Source: Histomonas meleagridis 2922-C6/04-290x | Lineage: Eukaryota > Protista > Parabasalia | NCBI GenBank assembly: GCA_020184695.1 | Contig: JAANOX010000007.1 | Location: 1 to 64,000, forward strand | Reading direction: 5' to 3' | DNA: 64,000 nt | Shown: positions 1 to 10,020 of the stretch, piece after piece | How the letters are laid out: each line of letters begins with the position of its first letter | How positions within the stretch are numbered: position 1 is the stretch's first letter | Position numbers and translations under genes: made by a program | The notes under the pieces: model-generated | The model's database searches: none | The model's input: the letters and a program-made list of their open reading frames with translations, nothing else | Told to the model about the DNA's origin: nothing

Positions 1-1535
1 AGTGACCTTCGTTCGGATTACATGTATTACTGACTTAGAACCTACGAAAAATACGATTATTACCGGGACGGCGAAGAAGGGGGCGATACCAGAACGGTGC
101 TCTCAATGGTTATTCGCTAATCTGAAAGTGTTTCAACAAGATGTTCGAAGACCGGGTTTGAAAAAAGCCACGCTGATGGCTGACGATCATTTACCCAAGA
201 AGTCAGTTCAAATGACCCATGGACTGTTTTTATCAACTAAATAATCAGACAATTTCAGTTTTTATCTTAAACACTAATTTACAAAGCAAAATATCAGAAA
301 TAATCACATTTAATTGATACTTTTGGTTTTGCTCAGTCAATTGATAATTTAAAGATAATAAAAACAGGTTTGTTTATAATTAATATCAGATGATCATACT
401 CTGGCGTTTATGTATATTTCTGTTGGTCTGGGTATTGGGCGGAAAAGACTAATAATAACTAACAATAAAAGAATGGAAGCTTAATGAAAATTCATTGTCG
501 CTGCAAACAATGACAATACAACATGGTGCTGGCTGTTGCTGTGAAGGAAAATATTCCATTCTGTCCCAAATATAAATACACATGCAGCCATAGAAGATGA
601 CCATAGCATGATTGGAAGGTGCTTTAAGTCAGAGAATTGGGAGAGATATTTTGGATAATTCAACACTCAAACTCTAAGAAATGGGTTGGTTGGAAACCAT
701 TGGAGATATAATAAGGGCAATATGTACGTATCCCATTCACATTGCTGGTCGGACGGTGATCATTGGGTAAGGAAGCAAAATGATAATTCCTCTCAAAATA
801 CTTTAAATGGTTTAATATGACAAACAGTTGAAACAATAGATACCAAAGTTGTTGTAAACAGTGTGATAAAACAAAAAATCAGAAGTTAAGAAACAAATAG
901 TGAAAACCGACGATGTGTGACGAATGATGTTTGGTCAGGATTTTCAATGACTGCTTGACAACAGGTTAGCAGCGATTGTACATTCAGCAGTGCTTTAGTT
1001 GTAATCTTCCAATAAATCCGATCGGAGAAAACAAACGTAGCGGCCGGTTTGAATCTTAATCAACGTCTCTTCCAACTGAGCATTCTAAGCAAATGATGAC
1101 TTTTTGAAGATTGGGTTACAGCCTATGGTTTTTAAGGTGGGTACATGATAAAAGGGTGATTATCAGTCATTACCAAATAAAATTCACTTTGATAAAAATC
1201 AAACAATTTGTTTGACAGTTTTATTACAGGAGCTCATTAATAAATTGATATCTTTGGATAAGATGTAATGATTGGTTGTTGAAGTTTTTTATGTAACTGT
1301 TTGCCTTTTCATCAACCTTCAAGTGCCGAATGACGATGATTCGATGGTGTGAAGCAAGTGATCTCAGTTCATCGTTCCCGGCCTCATCTCGAACTTTGGC
1401 GTTTGCGCTATAACCCTCTGAGCTTCGCAATTATGGCGCAAAATCAGCGGCGCTGCAGATGATTGCAAGTGGAAGGAAGTGTGGAAAATGGAGGAAAATG
1501 TCTTTAATGATCTAAATCGTCGTTATTTGCTGTAA
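1..1535 (+). pseudogene. Decayed coding-like sequence of unknown origin (GC-richer island)
   Basis: Visibly GC-richer than nearby intergenic DNA. Protein-like stretches on the + strand are broken by many stops (e.g. DLRSDYMYY*LRTYEKYDYYRDGEEGG; LEGALSQRIGRDILDNSTLKL*EMGWLETIGDII). No intact ORF. Strand and frame are uncertain, and stop density is not below random. Confidence 0.3.
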
Positions 1536-2524
1536 ACACGAGAGTGGTTCTTTAAAGGTTGAGAATCTTCCTAATTTTATTCTTCAACAGAAACCAGAGG
1601 TCAGTTCTGGGCACATGAAGGAGGACAAACCCTCAACTTCTTCGTACTGATCTGCACCATGATGCACTCTTATATTCACCTGTGTTAAATCTAGCAATCG
1701 TTTTAATTATTCTCGATTGACGCGTTTTACCTTCTGTAGTTCTTGGTATTATTTCTTTTCAATTGTTTTATCAAATTCCTATTACATGTGTTGGATTCAG
1801 AGACTTTCACATTTTCTGCTTTTGCAGATCTCTGCCATTTCTGTTTCTGTTCATCTCCTCTGTACCTTGTTTTGTTGGAATGAGGTCGTTCTTTACATAA
1901 TCCTGTAACTTGTCTTCTCGGTCGTAGCAGCTTTGTGGACAATAAAGACTGTTAGTTCCTGAGTCCGCATCTAAAACCAAAGCCTAAAACAGGGCATAAC
2001 ATACAGCATTCTCTTTGTCATCGGATCAATTCAGGATTAGTTCCTTTTATTGTTTGGCTGGGTCTGATGGGTAAGCAATAATGACATCAATTCAGATTGA
2101 AACACAGTGCTCAGTAGAGATTTTATGCTTTAACAAATCAGTTGTTATTATGGAAAATGTTTGCATTTTAACGTCTTTTTATATTTTGTCATCAGCTCGA
2201 AATGTTCTTGAAATGGACTCTCTGGACGGAAATAGCATGCTTCATTTTTAACAGGAAAACGACGCAGACGAAATCAAACAATGTAAGCGAGCTAGTCAAA
2301 ATTAGACTATGGCATTTCAAAATATTGATGAGAAAGACAATTGACGATGGTCGAATAATTCTTCTTTTTCGATCTAATTCTTCACCACGAACATATCGAT
2401 TAGTTGCTTTAATAAAAATGGGTTTTTGAAATGTCATTGAACGTATGGTCTTCCCTTAATTTCCTCCTCGTCACTCCATTCAGTGATAGTAATCTTCGCT
2501 CTAATAAATGGTCTCATTTCGTAA

Positions 2525-3157
2525 CTACTTCCACTTCAACCGTTTACACGACTGTGTCAATATCGTGATTCCACTTTCGAAGTTGACAGAACCACAGTAC
2601 TCAGTTGTCCAATCTCATTTGTCGTTCAAGTCGTTATCAAAACCGCAAAACCAGGTCGAGACGTTTCAGCCTTTTTCAATCGTAGTGCGAGTTGCTCTGA
2701 TCCAGAAATCCTGCTCAAAGCCTGCTGGAAGAGTGGCGGCAGTGACAAATCCCCAATCGTCTGGATGCTGTCGCCACCAAGAAGGTTCTAACCAGACGAG
2801 TTTGGACTCTTGTTTGAGCAGGGTGAAGGTGGTTTCCAAGAACTCAAGTCTAGCATCGTATGACAAGTTCTGTCGGCTATGCCGATACCTCCGTCGTTTG
2901 CAACTGGTGATGATATGTCGAACGTTCGTTCAGTCGTCTTTCATCGATCTATCATCGCGAAAGGCACGCATGAGCATCAAGGAACCAAGATGGGCGATCC
3001 ATGGGGTGATCAGCAGAAGAAGGTCATCAACCAAAGTCTCAATTTCATTTCATCTGGATTCCTGGTACCAGATGATCAGAAGATGGAAATCAGCGCTCGA
3101 AATCTCTGCAAGGCTGGTGTACATGCTTCAAACCCTTACATTGAAGAGACTTTTTAA
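2525..3157 (+). pseudogene. Pseudogene fragment (about 210 codons, two internal stops), possible polymerase-palm-like protein
   Basis: The frame of the 2879-3157 ORF extends to 2525 with only TAA (2789) and TGA (2861), each one C>T change from CAA/CGA. TTA/CTA codons are avoided, which explains the long stop-poor shadow frames. Contains DVSAFF, QG and TGDD motifs. Confidence 0.5.
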
Positions 3158-4097
3158 TTTTTGAGCACCTATTTATTACTGCTGATCACAAAAATCATCT
3201 GAGATTTATCTGTCACTTTTGTCTTTGCTCGGCCACAATAACATGAAAATGAATTAAAAATTGCTATAAAAGAGAACTATCTAATCATGAATCAAGAAAT
3301 ATTGGTGGCTAACAGACATATCTTTGAGTATAACAATGAAAACCTTACGGATCATTAAAATACATTTTCATGATGATGGGTTACTTGTTAAAACTCGTAA
3401 ATACATATGCGCTCTTTATTGGGATTATGCTCAAAAACATCTGTCTCAGCTTCCTTTGTCATATAAAAATAATGTTGTCGAAAATAGTTAACATTATTAT
3501 TTTGATGAAATTTAGAATCTATTAATCAATGAATGTCATAGAAATACAAAATTTCATGTGAGGAATATAATCATTTGGATCACAAAAGACAACAAACAAC
3601 ACTTTTCATATTGGAAAAAGTGACAACAAAAAATGCAATCTATCGTTTATATCACTTTATGAACATAAAGGCCTGTATCACGTGGGAATTTGCTTCATTT
3701 ATCAAATAATATACACGGAAAATGTAATATCAATGATAAATTTGTTTTTCATTGAAATTTAACCTTAAATTTTGGAGTTCATCAAAAATTATTAAAACAT
3801 GTCTTTATGAAGTAATAAAGTTTTTCATAAACAAATGGAATTGGTTTAAATACTTCAGTTGTTTGTTTGTCTTAGAAAAAGAAAATCTTAAAGTATATAA
3901 AGATTATTATCCAATCTGGATATGTCTCTTAAGTATCAATTGATTATTTAATTTGAGTCCCAGTGCTTACAATTGATTTGCACTATTAACTTTTATTTAA
4001 GTTTATTGGGTAAAAATCATAAAATTGAAATCAGATATTTCAAAAATTTTAAAAATTAGCATAAATATTATGCCAAAAAATGATTTACTGAAAATTT

Positions 4098-4730
4098 TTA
4101 TGTTTTAACTATCCTGTAATCAAATGGTTGGTCTTTCGGCATAACAAGTAATCTTTTTGCACCTTCTGAATTGATTTGAACAACATTGATGAATCCGCCA
4201 GAGGCTCCATCACGGACGATTGCATTGTTGACGGCCGAAATTGCAAATTCTGTTGCTTGTTCCATTGTGAAATCTTCTTGACAATTATCATCGCAATAAG
4301 CTGTAATGTATGCGCTACCACTACCGTTAGCAGCAAATTTACGCTTCAAAGCCATTCCACTAACAGAAATTTCCCAAACTGCAGGACCATCAGAATCACA
4401 TCCAGCACAAATAAATCCTGCACTAAGCATTTCTTTGTTATTTTGAATTAACCTTGAGAGGTGATGAGCGGCAATAGAAACTTGATGATTAACATCTCTT
4501 TCTGTGTTCATTTTAACTATATTTAATGCATATTTTGCATACTTACCAAGTGTTTGAGTGTGAGCTGTAGTTCCGGTTCTGGCAATGTATACTGTTGGTG
4601 AAAGTGGTGTAATTTTGTTAGAAGCGCGTGAAGAAACATATTGTCCCATAGTTGAACGTGAATCAGCTGCCATAACAACTCCATCAGTACATTGGATTGC
4701 TAAGATTGTTGTTCCTGTATGCTCAGTCAT
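4098..4730 (-). CDS. PSMB6: Proteasome subunit beta type-1 (beta1/Pre3-like, Ntn hydrolase)
   Basis: Propeptide junction TG|TTILAI, GVVMAADSRST, conserved Lys in SNKIT, GSGS motif (NGSGSAYI), RDGASGG near the C-terminus. First in-frame ATG is at 4730; the ORF-track start is a TTG. Confidence 0.92.
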   Translation of the reverse strand: MTEHTGTTILAIQCTDGVVMAADSRSTMGQYVSSRASNKITPLSPTVYIARTGTTAHTQTLGKYAKYALNIVKMNTERDVNHQVSIAAHHLSRLIQNNKEMLSAGFICAGCDSDGPAVWEISVSGMALKRKFAANGSGSAYITAYCDDNCQEDFTMEQATEFAISAVNNAIVRDGASGGFINVVQINSEGAKRLLVMPKDQPFDYRIVKT

Positions 4731-5923
4731 TGATGAATCGGGCCCCAAACATTGCGAATAATACTTAACTATGTGAAATTTTGATTAACTTTGTTTGACC
4801 AACTATCAAATGGAATGATATGTGATGTGAAATGATCAAAACAGTTTTAATTTACTAAATAGCCAATGTATTGTTTACTAATTATATTCTCCCTCTCATT
4901 TGAGCTAGTAACGTCGTTGTTCAGTTTTTATCTCAATTAAGTTAATAAGAACATTTGTTAAAGAAATGCACATATAAAAATTTTTCACATTTTTTTGCAT
5001 AATGACATCATTGCTTAGTAAATTAACAAATTTTAGTGTAATTACAAAAAATTCAAGCACAAGAATTTTTTAAAATTTTTTTATGTAAATCCCAAATATT
5101 TTATCGATATTTACATATTTTGACATCGTTATAATTACTTCATGAATAATTTTTTTTTATATACTAGAGGTACTTCAACTCCCAAAAAACAGATTTTTTT
5201 TCTTCTTTTTTCATTCCATATGTAAGCATTCCATGAACTATGCAATAATTTATATTTTAGATCATAAAATTTTATAAACTCATGATATATTTTTTAATCG
5301 ATTTTTTTAAAAAATTTATTTTTTCCAGTCATTCATGATTAATTTATGATATATTTTATATTGTATTGATTTTAGGACCTGAAACCCACCAGGAAAAAAA
5401 AATTCATTCAAATTTTTCATTTTTTTCTCCCATTTTTTTAAAAATTGATGAATAAAATTATATAAAGTGGTGACCTGGTTTATTTTAGATATTTATTTTT
5501 AGCATAACTTAGAATCGTTGTTTTAAAAATTATACCAATAAATTTTATTGAAATATAAAAATAAAAATATTTTATAATCGTAAAAGTGCTGTAATTTCCA
5601 AAATATTCATTTTTTGCAATAAATAATAAAAATTAAAACATAATAACCAACACAATCAAATTCTTTTATGTCATCGGATTATATTTTAAAAAATAATGAA
5701 TTTTTATTTTTATATTTCAATAAAAATGATCAGATATATTTTTATGTTTTTTTTTTCGAATATTTTTTCAATTTGGTGATAACATAATATGTTGAAAATT
5801 AAATATAAATGAATTTGTTTTATAACAAACTATCTTCGAGAAATTTTCATTTTTTAATTTTTTATTAAAAAATTATATTTTTAGTATCCATAATAAATTT
5901 TTTCATATTATATTAAACACAAC

Positions 5924-6205
5924 TTAAAAAAATCTATCGAAATCTTCACTATCGTAAGATTCATCCATTCGATCTGGATTAAAATGTGGTTGTTCTGGTT
6001 GTGATTGTGGAATTTGTACATTAGTTCTAGAATTGATTTTTTCCCTAATATCTTTAAGAACTTCATCGAGAACTTCCAAATCTTTTTTTAAGATCTTCTC
6101 TTCGACAAGCGGAATATACACAGTAACATCATCAATACTGATGACTATTGCCTTGATTTGTCTCCAGCCATATCTTTTCCTTCCCATAATGTTTTCAATG
6201 ACCAT
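5924..6205 (-). CDS. Small hypothetical protein (93 aa)
   Basis: ATG-started ORF with a purine-rich coding strand, an amphipathic helix (ILKKDLEVLDEVLKDIREKI) and an acidic tail. No family recognised. Confidence 0.55.
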   Translation of the reverse strand: MVIENIMGRKRYGWRQIKAIVISIDDVTVYIPLVEEKILKKDLEVLDEVLKDIREKINSRTNVQIPQSQPEQPHFNPDRMDESYDSEDFDRFF

Positions 6206-6528
6206 TTTCTATCCTCACACGCTATTTTGATCGTTCACATTGAATCTGCATTCAAAAAGTTGGGAAATTAGGGCACCCCATCCAAATTTTGCCCAAAAAT
6301 GATGTAAGGCGTGTTACGTGGGCGAGATTTTAAATTCAAAGTAACCCTTGCAATGTGATACGATATTTTCTATGTGATTTTAGTTTTTGTACAAAAAAAC
6401 ATAATCTCATAAGTTAATTTCAACAAAAATGAAAAAGTCAAACTACATGAAGAGACCAATGGCTTCATAATGTACAAGCGCAGTGTATGTTTGGAAATTT
6501 AAAATAGTTCACTTAAAAAAAATTATTA

Positions 6529-7755
6529 TTATTTTGATTTCAATTCAATCATTTTGATTCTTTCATCGTTGTGTTTTACGCGCTTTGTAATCTTGCCTAG
6601 TCTAACAGAAAGTTTATCCAGTTCATTTGCTATATCTGAAAGGAAATTTTGATAAGGATCATTGACTCTTTCCTCGCATTTTACAACTCTAACCAAGCAA
6701 TTTCGCTTTGGTTTTTTGCGTTTTTTCGTTTTTGTTTGAGTATTTCGAAAAACAGAATCTTGGGATAAAAATGTGTTTTCATGGCTAATTTTTCCTACTT
6801 TTGGCTCCTGAAAATCCAAACTTGGTTCCTCTGTACTAATTTCCTCTTCTTCTGGCGAAACAGAAAGATCTGGTGATAACCAATAAATCACTTTGCGGTC
6901 TCTTCCACAAGTTGTAAAATATTTACCATCACTCGAAAACTTAACATCTATAACATCTTTCTCATGTGCTGAGAGAGTAAATATAGACTCGAAGTTATTT
7001 GTATCAGTAATAATTACAGAATTATCAGACGACCCGGTGACAATTATATTGCCATTTGGCTGTATGGCAACAGAATTGATGGAGTCGCTATGTATTTTCG
7101 ATGAATGAAGGATACTTCCAAATTTAGATTCGCATAAGAAAAGTGAGCCATTTGAAGTTCCAGCAGCGAGGTTATCACCACCGCCTGAGAAGGAAAGGGA
7201 AAGAATATTAGAATATGTATCAAAAGTATGAAGAATATTACAACTTCGAATATCATAAAGTCGGCACTTTCCATCAATTGAACCTGTGGCAACTAAAGAA
7301 CTATATAAGCTAATAGCCGTTGAACTAAGCTCTTTATCTGTGATTGGAAATTTTTGTATTATTTGTTGAGTATTTATATCAAAAAGAGAAAGAGAAGATG
7401 ATCCACCTAAAATGAGAACCTGATCAGCATCTTGTGTAATAGATAGAGATTTTATGGAACCGAAATGTGGAGATAATTTTTTTATACATGAATCATTATT
7501 ATCAATAACTTTCCAAAAACGGATTTCTTCATCTTTGCTTCCAGTAATAATAAGACTTTGTGAATTTGATGCATCAATACATGTAATAGTATCATGATGT
7601 CCAACAAGTCTTTGGCATGTATCTTGTTTGTTAAGTGGAAATAAAATAATGCTCTTACCAGTGGTTCCTCCAGCTATATACCTATTTGTGAATGGAATGG
7701 CACAAGTTAGTTCTCCATTCCTTACGTTAAATGCTTTTAAAATTTTTGGTTTCAT
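6529..7755 (-). CDS. WD40-repeat protein with C-terminal coiled coil, POC1-like
   Basis: About seven WD repeats (GHHDTITCIDAS...IRFWK; HSDSINSVAIQP; AHEKDVIDVKFSSDGKYFTTCGRDRKVIYW). The C-terminal helix LSDIANELDKLSVRLGKITKRV resembles the Poc1 motif. Confidence 0.75.
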   Translation of the reverse strand: MKPKILKAFNVRNGELTCAIPFTNRYIAGGTTGKSIILFPLNKQDTCQRLVGHHDTITCIDASNSQSLIITGSKDEEIRFWKVIDNNDSCIKKLSPHFGSIKSLSITQDADQVLILGGSSSLSLFDINTQQIIQKFPITDKELSSTAISLYSSLVATGSIDGKCRLYDIRSCNILHTFDTYSNILSLSFSGGGDNLAAGTSNGSLFLCESKFGSILHSSKIHSDSINSVAIQPNGNIIVTGSSDNSVIITDTNNFESIFTLSAHEKDVIDVKFSSDGKYFTTCGRDRKVIYWLSPDLSVSPEEEEISTEEPSLDFQEPKVGKISHENTFLSQDSVFRNTQTKTKKRKKPKRNCLVRVVKCEERVNDPYQNFLSDIANELDKLSVRLGKITKRVKHNDERIKMIELKSK

Positions 7756-8280
7756 TGCAAAAGTGTTGAAGAAGAAATTCGAACGTTTTAAACATATCCA
7801 CTTTTTGAGAAATTTATATTTGATAGGATCAAAATAGATTCAAAAAGTTATCAATCAAGTTGTTTTGGCCAAAAAAATTGTGTGTGATTAATCCCAAAGC
7901 TATTCTGAGTTTATCAATAAAATACATATACGTATTCCAAAATCATGAGTTACAAAGAAAACTTAGGATATTGTACTGTCAGAAATTTCAAGTCACATTA
8001 ATGTAAATCACAATGAATTAAGCAACAATATAAATTTTAGTGATATTACGAAAGTAAGTTACACTTTTAGAATTATTACATATATGCAAAGAATTTGTAT
8101 TAAATAAAATATCCTCAAAAATGTAGGTCTTCGATGTGTACTATATGGCTTTTTTGATATTACCACAAAACCTTTGAATATAACAATTAGTCAATGAATT
8201 ACAAAATTGTGCCCATGTTCACTTCATTCAATTATTCGAATAATTTTTATATACCACTTTGAAATTTTAAAATAAATTCT

Positions 8281-10020
8281 ATATAAAACAAATAAATATC
8301 TTTAGCATTAATATCAATTCCTTCTTGTTCAAGAAGTAATTTAACTATTTCTGTATGACCTTCAGAAGATGCTATCATAAGTGCTGTTCTAAAAAATTTG
8401 AACAATTTCCAAATATTATTTTGAAATATTAAATTATTAAAATAAATATCAAATAAAACAAATAAATATCTTTAGCATTAATATCAATTCCTTCTTGTTC
8501 AAGAAGTAATTTAACTATTTCTGTATGACCTTCAGAAGATGCCCATATAAGTGCTGTTATAAATAAAATAAATAATTTCCAAATATTATTTTGACATATT
8601 AAATTATTAAAATAAATTTTAAATAAAACAAATAAATATTTTTAGCATTAACATCAATTCCTTTTTGTTCAAGAAGTAATTTAACAATTTCTGTTTGACC
8701 ATTATAAGATGCCCATATAAGTGCTGTTATAAATAAAATAAATAATTTCCAAATATTATTTTGAAATAAAATATTATTAAAATAAATTTCAAATAAAACA
8801 AATAAATATCTTCAGCATTAACATCAATTCCTTTTTGTTCAAGAAGTAATTTAAAAATTTCTGTTTGACCATTATAAGACGCCCATATAAGTGCTGTATA
8901 AAATAATTTAAATAAATTCCGAATTTTATTTTGAAATATTAAATTATTAAAATAAATTTTGGATATAACATTGAAACATTTTTAGCATTAATGTCAATAC
9001 TCTCTTGTTCAAGAAGTAATTTTACTATTTCTGTTTGGCCATTCCCAGATGCTCTAATAAGTGCTGTCCAAAATAATTTAAATAATTTTCAAATATTATT
9101 TTGAAATAAAAAATTGTTGGGATAAATATTAAATAAAACAAATAAATATCTTTAGCATTAACATCAATTCCTCTTTGCTCAAGAAGTAATTTAACTATTT
9201 CTATACGACCGTTCCAAGATGCAAGCATAAGTGCTGTATCAAATAATTTAAATAAATTCCGAATTTTATTTTGAAATATCAAATTATCAAAAAAAATTTC
9301 AAATAAAATAAAAAAATACTTTTTGCATTAACATCAATTCCCTCTTGTTCAAGAAGTAATTTAACTATTTCTGTATGACCATTCTCAGATGCTTTAATAA
9401 ATGCTGTATAAAATGATTCAAATAATTTCCAAATATTATTTTGAAATATAAAACAATAAAAATAAATCTTAAATAAAACAAAAAAATACTTTTTTCATTA
9501 ACATCAATTCCCTCTTGTTCAAGAAGTAATTTAACTATTTCTGTATGACCTTCTCTAGATGCCAAAATAAGTGCTGTTCCAAATAATTTAAATAATTTCC
9601 AAATATTATTTTGAAATATCAAAATATTAAAATAAATTCTATATAAAACAAATAAATATCTTTAGCATCAATATCAATTCCTTCTTGTTCAAGAAGTAAT
9701 TTAACTATTTCTATGTAACCTTTTTGAGATGCCCAAATAAGTGCTGATTGAAATAATTTAAATTATTTCCAAAAATTATTTTGAAATATAATAATATAAA
9801 AATAAATTTTGAATATAACATTGAAATATTTTTAGCATTAATATCAATTCCCTCTTGTTTAAGAAGTAATTTAACGATTTCTATATGACCTCGAGCAGAT
9901 GCAATTATAAGTGCTGTATAAAATAATCTAAATAATTTCCAAATATTATTTTGAAATATCAAATCATTAAAATAAATATTAAATAAAACAAAAAAAATAT
10001 TTTTAGCATTAATATAAAAT
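8281..10020 (-). repeat. Tandem array of 170-bp units (90-nt ankyrin core plus 80-nt AT-rich linker), about 10 copies
   Basis: The TTTAGCATTA-like anchor recurs at 8301, 8471, 8641, 8811, 8981, 9151, 9321, 9491, 9661, 9831 and 10002. The period is 170 nine times and 171 once. Confidence 0.97.

Noticed and set aside
2981-3075. GTKMGDP as a narnavirus RdRp motif B
   Set aside because: GDD lies upstream rather than downstream, and the ORF ends shortly after.
2508-3164. 218-aa + ORF, and a minus frame interrupted only by TGA (suggesting UGA=Trp/Mycoplasma code)
   Set aside because: Both are shadows of the codon-biased frame at 2525-3157 (TCA allowed, TTA/CTA avoided). There is no other sign of genetic code 4.
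8388-9827. The 170-bp period as a systematic one-base assembly error of a 171-bp in-frame repeat
   Set aside because: Most linkers have no long homopolymer at the required site, and two units (9068-9147 TGA, 9748-9827 TAA) still stop after correction. The paralog has an in-frame TAA linker. Not fully excluded, since 8 of 10 units are open in the downstream frame.
8388-9827. Canonical -1 ribosomal frameshift at U UUA AAU near the linker 3' end
   Set aside because: The heptamer is present in only some units, and in five units an in-frame stop precedes that position.
8388-9998. Linkers as ordinary GT-AG spliceosomal introns
   Set aside because: GT at linker position 9 to the AG in ACAG spans 76 nt and leaves 94-nt exons (out of frame). 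There is no ACTAAC branch site, and GT is absent in one unit and in the paralog. AT-AC ends also fail to restore the frame.
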